Below, in pieces: positions 1 to 9,624 of a stretch of 32,479 bases of DNA. A model generated the notes under the pieces. It was not told where the DNA came from. It saw only the letters and a program-made list of their open reading frames with translations, and ran no database searches. Source of the stretch: Atractiella rhizophila (taxonomy: Eukaryota). The stretch spans positions 25,862 through 58,340 of the forward strand of contig MU271370.1 in the NCBI GenBank assembly GCA_021432655.1, given 5' to 3'. Both the position numbers and the translations under genes were made by a program. Position 1 is the first letter of the stretch, and the number at the start of each line of letters is the position of its first letter.

Positions 1-1680
1 AAGTCCCTCAGCAACCGACTCGCGGATGTTTTCGTCCGCACGTGGGATCTTGGACTCACCTCGTTTGGAGGTCCCGCGGTCCATTTTCACATCTTCCATC
101 AGAGGTTCGTTGATGGCAGAGGCAGAAAAGAGAGATGGGTGGATGAACAAACAGTGAGTTCCATTCCTCCGAATCACTGGGGCTGCTGTCAGCCATGCTG
201 TATGGCTCTCGAGGCAGAGATATCTGTGGAATGGATATTACATTCGCTCATTCGCTCAGGACGCTAAACTGAGAATTGTACCAGTACCAGGAACTCTTCG
301 CCGTATGCCAGAGTCTCCCAGGACCTGCGAGCACCAAGATGCTCTTCTGCCTTGCATTGCAGCATGCAGGACTCATTCCGGCCATTGTCGTATTCCTGAT
401 TTGGAGGTGGGAGTTCCATCACCTTCGAAGCAGACGTGTAGAGTTTATTAGGAGGCTGCTTCAGTCTTCCCGGTGCGATCGGCATGTATGCCCTCTCCCT
501 CAGTATCCAGCGGATCAGTGACACGCTACCCGCGCCGGTCTACGCTCTCCTTTCTGGCCTGAACGCATCTGCTGTGGGCGTCATCGCCCTGGCTGCCACC
601 CAATTGGCAGAGAAGGCGATAAGCGACAAGCTCACCCGTATCCTCATCATCCTTGGAGCTTGCGCCGGGTTATGCTACAATGCATTGTGGTACTTCCCGC
701 TGCTCATGCTGATAGGCGGCCTCACCTCCGTCGTTTGGAACGGTTGGATGAGCCTAAAAGTCGCAAAAGGGAAGGCCAGGTGGAGACGAAGAAATCAAAA
801 TGCAGACTCGACTACGGAGCAGGTGCGAGGGGACGCTGGTACGGTTGCGGTTGAGACCGTCGAGCTTGGTGCATCGGGGAGCTCGACAAAATCTACGGAA
901 GCTTTGCCTCCCACTTCCGATCATGTAACACCAGTCATATCTTCCTACTATACAATCCCAGTCAAAGTCGGGATCGCAATCATATTCCTATTCTTTGGTA
1001 CGCGGATCAAGACTAGATCTCAGAGCGTCGATTGCTGATTGATTGATTCAGCTTCCCTTATTGCCATCCTAGTCACGCGAGGTTCCATCAATAAGCCTCC
1101 ACTAGCTCTCGATCTCTTCGCCAACATGTATTTAGCTGGCACGATAATCTTTGGAGGTGGACCAGTCGTCATTCCGCTCCTCCGTTCCTACGTCGTCGGC
1201 CCAGGTTGGATCTCCAGCCGCGACTTCCTGCTCGGTTTAGCTCTCATCCAATCCTTCCCCGGCCCCAACTTCAACTTTGCCGTCTACCTTGGCGCACTCG
1301 CGTTACGACATTCCCACTTCCCAACCGTTTTTGGCGCCTTCCTCGGTTTCGTAGGACTCTTCTTCCCCGGCCTCACATTGGCGCTCGCTGTCCAAACTCT
1401 CTGGGGAGCGTTACGGAAGAGAAAATGGGTCGTGCACTTGCTTCGAGGGGTGAACGCAACTGCGGTAGGGTTGGTCTTTACGGCGACTTACAGGCTGTGG
1501 GAGATCGGTTACCTTACTGTGGATGTCACTCAGGGACAGAGTTTGGGCGTGGAGCCGTGGTGGGTCGTCGTCGCCGTTACTACCTACGCGGAAAGTGCCT
1601 GGTTCAACATACCACCGGCCATCGCGATTGTATCTGGGGCGCTGTTGGGACTTTGTTGGTACGGCGCTGTTGGACATTAA
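1..1680 (+). CDS. Long-chain (bi-domain) chromate ion transporter, CHR family; 5' end lies upstream of the window
   Basis: Exons 1-153, 285-406, 465-997, 1052-1680 joined by GT..AG introns give one frame: WDLGLTSFGGPAVHF...WVDEQT|YQELFAVCQSLPGPAST...GTIIFGGGPVVIPLL...ALIQSFPGPNFNF. The two FGG(G)P / PGP motif pairs are the CHR-domain signature. TAA at 1678-1680. Confidence 0.9.
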
Positions 1681-1708
1681 ATTTCACTGTTGGACATTAA
1701 ATTTCACT
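1667..1708. repeat. Perfect 20-bp tandem duplication spanning the CHR stop codon
   Basis: ctgttggacattaaatttca at 1667-1686 and again at 1687-1706 (+ct). Confidence 0.95.
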
Positions 1709-2006
1709 TTGATAGAGATGACACGAATTTTCCATTTTTCGCTTAATGCTATCGTTTCCATCTTATCTAGAGTTCATGCGTGGTCAAAGAGATTCGATGC
1801 AGAAGAGGCGAAGCCTATATTATGGGGAGGAGTGCTCTTGGGTAAGCTAACAGGGCCTGCGCTCCTGTATTTGTCTCCGTATAAAAAAGCAATATAGACA
1901 TGGTGGCCACTTTGTAGGACGACGATTTTACTAGAATTAAAGAGCCCCTAAGAAATCTATTCCACAGAGTCTAGAAACAATGTGCGAGAAAAATTACGCC
2001 AATGGT

Positions 2007-2972
2007 CTATTTATCTTGCTTCTCTTCGACCTTCATGCGCAAAATTTTTGCTGCAGCCTACGTCAGCGTAGTGCGTCAGTCGAAATCTTCGTAGCTGGAG
2101 GTTAACTCACATTCCTCATATGGGGCTCTGCCTGGGACACCCCAAGTTCTTTCGCCGCGAAGTACTGCCGATAGGCGTCCTCGATGTGGCCAGCTGCTGA
2201 GATGTGAGCTCACAGAAGGGAGCTGCATGAACGGTTGACGTACCACTTTCGAGTACAGCGCCAAGGTTGAACCTCACCTCCCCATCCTGAGGTTTCAGTT
2301 CTACGGCCTTCTTCAGATGTTCGATTCCCTTCTCGGTGTTTGGAGGAGTGCCAAAAATGTAACAGGTGGCAAGATTGTTGTGACAAGAATGGGCATCTGC
2401 GCTGTCTGGATCTAATTGAAGTGACTTTTCAAAGTGTGCGATGGACTGGGAAAGATTTTTGAGCTGGAAACTAGAAACAGCGACTGATGAGTGTGAAGAA
2501 AGGCAAGAAAGAAAGGAGGCAAACCTGACAACTCCCAAGTTGTAAAACACCAAAGGAGTTTCTTTGATCTTTCTCGCTTCCTCAAAGGCGTCTCTCGCTT
2601 GCTCTAAACTGTTTACTTCAATAAGACTGACAGCTATCGCCATCCGCTACATATAAGTTATCGCTGCAGTGGTGACAAGCGACTACAGCAAGGACTAACC
2701 CTTGCCCATCAATTTACGATACATAAAGTCCTCTGGCGTATCATTTGGCGCTAATTTGGGAGGAAATTCAGAGTGAGATAAACCTTCTGCGTGACGCTGT
2801 ATTGATTTGGAGAATGCGCGAACGCTATTAGGGAATGAAGTGCGCAGAGGGCGAGCTGGCAGTGGAGTGTCAACGTCAACTCTGTTGAGATGGAGAATGA
2901 CCTACCAGAGTGAACAAAAGCAGAACGAGCTGCAGAGGCTACTCTAAGCAGAGATTTTGTGGCGAGAGGCAT
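2007..2972 (-). CDS. TPR-repeat protein with a predicted mitochondrial presequence (6 exons)
   Basis: ATG at 2972. The N-terminus is Arg/Ser/Ala-rich and acid-free (MPLATKSLLRVASAARSAF). The spliced frame gives TPR-like helices: LEQARDAFEEARKIKETPLVFYNLGV, IAHFEKSLQLDPDSADAH, HLKKAVELKPQDGEVRFNLGAVLE, GHIEDAYRQYFAAKELGV. The last exon AAAKILRMKVEEKQDK ends at TAG 2009-2007. Confidence 0.8.
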
Positions 2973-3393
2973 TGTTTCTTAGACGGTAAAGGGATTCGTT
3001 CAGTTCAATGTGGCGTTCGAAAAATGACCTGGGTCATGTGACCTTCATTTTTGGTGAGAGCTCCGAGCTTCAAGGTGAGGACTTCAGCATAGCGACGGCT
3101 TCAAGATGTGGGCAGTGGGAACGACTGCAGAAAACGATACAGGATATACTTTGACTCCATTGCACAGGGGACGAGTACCAATCGTTTTGTTTATAGAATA
3201 GAGGCTTCTTTGACTGGAGCTAAGTACTTTGAGAAGGGGGGAAAGATGCGGTTGAATGTACAAGTTGAATGATGGGGAGTACTGATCGTTCAAGCAGACA
3301 ATAGATATTCTTCAAACACCAACTTGAAGAGCAAAGAATTCAACAACGATCCACAACACAAACCCGACATGTTGATCCTTCCTTCGACTTTGA

Positions 3394-6300
3394 TCAACGA
3401 GACCAAGTTGGGGAAGAGTTATATCTCGTGCCACCGTTAGTCGACCCAAGACCATTAGTTCTCCCATTGGTTGCTGGAGAAGTCGGCGTGAACGCATTCG
3501 GAGAAGTCGGACTCCATGCTGGAGACTTCGGTGACATGCCGTTAACACCATGCATCTGAGGAGATGTAGGACTATCCGACATGCATCAGCTTCAAGACGA
3601 TCAAGAGGGGATGGTAAAAGTGCGAACCTGAACGCTGGGCTAGCAGGCGAGTATGTTGGTGAAGCTTTCGGTCCCCCTTGTGATGGAGAGAAAGCGGGGG
3701 AGACGGGGGAGAAGCGAGGAGAACTTGGAGAGAACCTTGGCGAGGCAGCTGCAAAGTTCGGGCTAGTTGGCCTGTAATTTTGTCAGGTAAAGCCAACAGA
3801 TGCAAAAAAAAGTGACGAACGAGAAACGTGGACTTTGAGGGCTGAAGGAAGGAGAAGTTGGACTGAATCTTGGAGACTGGGGACTGAACCTTGGGGAGGA
3901 AGGACTAAAGGCAGGGCTAGCGGCTCCCCATCGACCAGTGGATGCACCAGTTGGGCTAAAGTATTTCTAAGCAGACTGCATGATCCGCAATATGAAACTT
4001 ACCGTCCCATAGGAGAAGTAGGACTGAACCGCGGACTGCTGGGAGAAAACGCCGGAGACGCAGGTGAAGCATGTATTCCCGGCGAGGTGGGGGAGTAGCC
4101 AACAGACATGCGATCCACCCAGGGTGACTGTGCACCGTAAGGGCTCGCAAACGCTGGGGATGTGCCACCATATCTTGGAGAAGTCGGACCATACGAAGGA
4201 CTGTTAGGGGAGTAGTGCGGACCTAAATACGAAGTTAGGCTTATACCCTTGAATTGCAGAAAAGCTTCTCACTAGATGGACTGTATCCAGCAGCACCGCT
4301 CCCGAGACCAGCCCCGTAAGGTGAAGCTGCACCATAACCAGAAGCGAAAGGATTAGAAGGTCCAGTGAAATCCTCCTGACCAGGATGCACGACGGGTGAG
4401 AACGCAGCCATAGGCAAAGCCTCTTCGTAAGGTCTCGCAGGCGTGCGACCATCAGCGTAGTCTGCGTAAGGTGTCATTGCCCCACCTGGGGTCATTGCAC
4501 CGTCGATTCCGTGAGGCATAAAAGCGACCGTTGGTAGGCGATGGTCGACAACGACGTCCTTCAATGCCTCGTCATCAAGTGCAATCTCGAAGCAGCCGGT
4601 TCCCATTGGAGCAACTTGACCAAGTAAAACATTCTCCGCCACGGCTGTGCAAGCGTCCTGCTCTCCGTTCGCCGCTGCGTCCATCAAAATTTCCACTGTC
4701 TCTTCGAACGAACACCTCATCAAAGCTCCAGTCTCAGCTCGGTTGATACCGTGGCGCGTAATAGACATGAGGGAACCACGATTTGTCATAAGATCGCAGA
4801 GAAGATAGAGATGGCGGTAGTTGACGTAGGACGATTCGAACTCGATAACGTTGCGCAACTCTTGAAAAACTGATGCCCTCGCCGCTTCGATCCCCAGCGT
4901 ATCAAATATCTCCACACAGTTGTTCGAAACTGTCCGACGACTATCGACTCCATCTACGCAAAGCACTTTGCGCAGATTCGTGCCATCCGTCTCCAACACC
5001 CACTCAACATCACCAGCGGGGTTGAACTCGCCAGCAGGTGTGATGGTAACCTTTTTCTCCTTGATCATGTACACCCTCTCGACGCCTTCGACGCCACGTA
5101 ACGTGATACTCGACAGCATGGACTGCTCAAGTTGCTTCAGAAAAATGTCTTCCTCTATCTCGATATCGTCGTCGTCATCTTTATCGCGCAACGGTCGACA
5201 ACGTATAACGAGCTTTTCGGCAGTATCCTCAGACCACATGACGAAGAGATCGTTCTGGAAAATTTCCGAAATCTTCCCAGCAACATACGCCATCTCCAAG
5301 TTCTTGTCCAACATTTTCGCACGATCCAACTCAAGGCGAAGGAGCCATTCGGACTGTCGGGTGATATTTTGCTCCATTTCCTCATCCGGGATGGCGAAGG
5401 TGGCTTCCACAAAGTCACGATCCTCTTCGATGATGGTCGTCGTTGGATTGGGGTCGTAGAAAATTTGCGATGAGGAAACTACAGTTCGTAAGGTCGTATG
5501 AGCGAGCTCCGTGGAGAGCTGTTTCGCTTTTCGCTGGTCACTGGCTATTTCTGGGCTGAGGAAGACTTTGAGAGACGGTGTCTTGATGTTACGAGCGACG
5601 TTGATGATCTCCTTCAAGCGAGGTACTCCTAACGTGACGTTCTTGCTCGACACACCGGCGAAGTGGAAGGTGTTGAGCGTCATCTGCGTTGCAGGTTCTC
5701 CAATCGACTGAGCTGCTAGTGTACCACACATCTCTCCTGGGTGGACTATCGACTGATTGAACTTTGACTCCACCTCTCCAAGTACCCACTCGAACGCTTC
5801 CTTGTTCAAGTGAAACTCTTGAAGAATGCGCTTAGACGCAAAATTTGAACGAACAAGAATCTGAAACATCAGGGTTGCATTCTGCTGCGCTTCCTCTGTC
5901 AGGGCATCATCCCCTCGGACGACGACCAGGCGTTTGAGAAGCTCCTGGACGCCAACGACGATATCAGCAGGAGGGAGGTCGGAAGGCTTTCGGACATCGA
6001 TATGAAAGATTTGTTGCGCATTCTTGAGGATACGCTTGATGTTGACCGGGAGGGCTTTGCGGTTGCTGCCGTCCTTGAAGATGTACGTCCGAAGAAGCTC
6101 CCTGTCCTCGAGCAGTTGTCGGTACTCCTCATCGAGGAGGGCTTGAAGGTCGATCGAGCTGTCGGCCAATCCAATTTGCAACGTCCCCTCCTTAAACCTC
6201 CACGCGGGATCCATCACGTCAACTTTGTACATTCGGTCGAAGTCATCGTTCTTCAAGCGAACATAATCGATATTCTGGAACTCCAACATCGCTCCGTCCA

Positions 6301-9300
6301 TCCCATCTTCTCCATATACAAACTGCACGACATCTCCTAGGGAATTTCGCACCGTCCCATCGTACGAAACTTGCACATCCTCCAAAGCCTTAACTAGTCG
6401 ACGCTGGATGTAACCAGTCTCAGCAGTCTTGACGGCGGTATCAATCAAACCTTCTCGTCCAGAAACGGCATGGAAGAAGAACTCCTGCGGAGTCAGACCT
6501 CGTAGGTAAGAGTTCTCGACGAAACCTCTCGATTCTGGGGAATAGTCGTCCTTCGTAAAGTGAGGGAGAGTGCGGTACTTGAATCCGAAAGCGATGCGCT
6601 TTCCTTCGACGGCAGACTGACCGACAAGTGCGGACATTTGGGAGATGTTGATGAAAGTACCCTTCGAACCGGCCGACACCATCTGCTTGACATTATTGTC
6701 GTCCTTCAAACTGACTTGTGCCTTCTTTCCTGCATCGTCACGAGCCTTATCCAAAGCTTTCCGCACTTTCGCCTCGAAACTCTCCCGGATGGTCATTCCC
6801 GGTTCCTGCTCCAACCTATCCTCCTGCGCCATCTGAATCAAGTTTGCAACCTCCGCCTTCGCATGCGAGACGAAACCCGTGATCGCCTCCATAGTCCCTT
6901 TGTCAGGGACCGTGTCACCGATGCCGATGGAAAAGCCGTTGTGGAGGAGCCAGTAGTTTACGACGGTCTGAACGCCACCAATGAAGATCTTTGTCGCCTC
7001 AGCGCCACGTTCGCGGAAAATAACGTGAACCAAACCTCCTTGAGCGGAAGCACCGACGATACCCTTGTTGAGGATGCCATAGATCAACTCGCCGTCATCA
7101 ATCAGGATGGACTTGTCCTGGTAAGGAATGCTCGTCGGGTCGTCCTCGTCGCCTTTCTCAAGGTTGATCCCTGCCGGGATGAGCATGGAGATGATCTGCT
7201 TCCCAGTCCAAAGCGGCTTCGGCTTAAGAATCGTAGGAGGAGGGACGACACCATCCCAATCAGGGACCCAGAGGAGGATATTCTGCACGAATTCGCGATC
7301 CATAAAACAGTCGCGGAGGGTGAATTTGCGAATGCCGAGGAGGGTGTCTTGGATGATACCCATTACGGGTCGGTTGGACTGAGGGGAGACAATCTGTTTT
7401 GAGACCGAAGCGATCTCCTTCAATTCAGCACGCGTTTCCTCTGACTGAGGAACGTGCAAGTTCATCTCGTCGCCATCAAAACTGCAAGCAAGTTAGTGAG
7501 TTGCCTGCAAAACAGGCTATACTCACTCCGCATTATAGGGACTGAGCGCAAAGCGAAATGGAAAGGTCAGTTAAGAATAGAAAGAGTCAGAAAGCGACAT
7601 ACGGCTAAGACAGATTCAGTAACAAGCACCGATGAAAAGATTGAGAGAACCTACAGTTACAGAAAGATTCAGACGGAAAGTAGAATAGTGCATAAGCTTC
7701 ACTCGATGTGCCACTGATATCACTATCAACACTGCACACACTTTTCAAAAGGAAGAGAGAGACTTACTCATACTCATCTTATGCAAACTCGGCTGCCGAT
7801 TGAACAAGACGTAATCCCCATCCTTCAGATGCCTCTCCACGATCCATCCGGACTGTAGGATGCATTCCTGCCTTCTATTATACCTCAAATCTATTCGATC
7901 CCCGGTATCCCTGACGACATATCGTGCTCCTGGATATTCGTTCGGCCCATTCTTCACCAAATTCTGGAGATAGTCGATGTTGTATGGAGTGACACGCTCG
8001 GGGTACGTTAAGTTCCTAGCAATCGAATAGGGAACACCGACTTGATCGAGGGCGAGGTTGGGATCACCGGTGATGACCGTTCGAGCCGAGAAATCGACTC
8101 GCTTTCCCATCAGATTGCCTCGTAGACGTCCTTCTTTTCCCTTCAGACGAGCCCGGATGGACTTGACGGGTCGACCAGACTTCTGGAGCGCCTGAGGTTG
8201 TCCTGGCAGGTCATTGTCCATGTACGTCGCAATATGCCACTACATCCTCAGTTGTCAGCTTCAAGCTTCGATAAAATATGTCAGTAGAGAGAAAACAAAC
8301 CTGTAAAAGACTTTCAGCTTCCGACGTAACATGACCTGGTGCACCCTCACTCTCCAACCTCTTTAGGTTGATGTTGGCTTTCAGGATTTCCGCAAGCTTG
8401 TAGGTCAAATCATCCTCGCTCCTCAACATTCCAGTTGAGATGGAGGGTCGTACAGGTGGAGGAGGGACGGGGAGAACGGTGAGGATCATCCACTGGGGAT
8501 GGGCCTCGGTAGGATGCAGTCCGAGCGTCAGAAGGTCTTCGTTCGGAATCTTCCGAAGGAGTTGGAGACAAGAACCTGCACTGAATTGACGACGGTCCGA
8601 TTGAGGCGCTGGGTTGTCCTGAGGGTATGGAATGTGTCAGTCATGTGAGCATACATGACTGGGAATTGTGGGAAATAGAGAAGTATAACTCATTGAAAAA
8701 CGCGAGGAATGAACAATAATGTACAACAAAGCTTTCAAGCAACACAGGATCGGAAGCTCTCTTGTACACTGAAGTGCCTCTGGATTGAGAGTCCAACAAC
8801 GGAGTTCAACTACAAAGACTGCTCCAAATGTAAAAGAGAGCGAATACGAAAGTCGTGGCTCAGGCGAGTCAGCGACAGAAAACACATGCTCCGTCACGAA
8901 ACCATTGTTCTTCATTGTAAGACGAGACACGAAAAATGGACATACCTCACTCCTTTTCTGATTGTACACCAAAAACAGCTTCAACCCCTCCCTCCTAATC
9001 AACGGCTGAGCATGTCCGCAACCTCCATGACCCTTCTTCTCCGGTTTGGACGGATCGACCGTCTCCGGATCTGGGTCCTCTTCGCAGATTCTCCGTGTCT
9101 TAGCAATCTTGTGCACCTCCGCCAACCTCTTCGCTGGATTGCGTGTATGTCGTAGGATGGAGACGATACGCTGGTCGTCGTACTGGTTGATGAGGAGTTT
9201 GCCACATTGAACGCAGATGGATTCGAGGATCTTCTTCATTCGTCCAAGGAAACCAATGTGATACACAGGTGCGGACAGCTCGATGTGACCAAAATGCCCA

Positions 9301-9624
9301 GAACCTGTCCGAATCACGATAGAGTACATGAGCTCCCATGCTTCTCGCCACCCTTCCTTTCTGGAGACACGAAAAAAGGGACGTACACTCTGTCATTCCC
9401 TCTCCGCACGTTGCACACTTAAACTCCCTCTCAGTAGTCCCCATCCTCCTATCCGCCAAGCCTCCCGTCTTCACCTTCCCTGCCAACTGACCTCCCTCCT
9501 CATAGACCTCCGCATGCTCCACCTTGCACACACTCAATGCCTTTATCTCGTGAGGGGGTAAAACGCCAAATTGAATGAGGTTGGGCCGTCGGAGAGGCGC
9601 TTTTGAATGAGGAAATGAAGCCAT
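3394..9624 (-). CDS. RPB1: DNA-directed RNA polymerase II largest subunit
   Basis: 12 phase-consistent exons: 9624-9387, 9304-8946, 8618-8301, 8239-7768, 7713-7655, 7604-7603, 7541-7527, 7481-4273, 4222-4003, 3955-3821, 3771-3628, 3571-3394. Motifs: CATC...[41 protein letters not shown], bridge helix [20 protein letters not shown], trigger loop [13 protein letters not shown]-terminal SP heptads. Confidence 0.98.
3440..4290 (-). repeat. Degenerate RPB1 CTD heptad region interrupted by four introns
   Basis: The spliced translation has about 6 Tyr1 heptads (e.g. [14 protein letters not shown]), about 13 Phe1 heptads (e.g. [21 protein letters not shown]), one WSPTSPN and no exact YSPTSPS. Confidence 0.85.
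7603..7604 (-). other. 2-nt micro-exon (CC) of RPB1
   Basis: Minus strand reads tcttag|CC|gtatgt, flanked by a 50-nt intron (7654-7605) and a 61-nt intron (7602-7542, CTGAC branch site). It is needed to read SVT-P-PYNADFDGD. Confidence 0.85.
8619..8945 (-). other. Unusually long (327 nt) RPB1 intron 2 with internal hairpins
   Basis: gag|gtatgt at 8945 and ctcag|gac at 8619. The other RPB1 introns here are 45-82 nt. Confidence 0.8.

Noticed and set aside
4531..7717. Long plus-strand ORFs inside RPB1 (e.g. 6560-7402, 4920-5459)
   Set aside because: Antisense shadows of a long coding exon, with no recognisable domains.
8855..8920. Confident C/D snoRNA call in RPB1 intron 2
   Set aside because: Box C is imperfect and I could not identify an rRNA or snRNA target by eye, so it is kept only as a lead.
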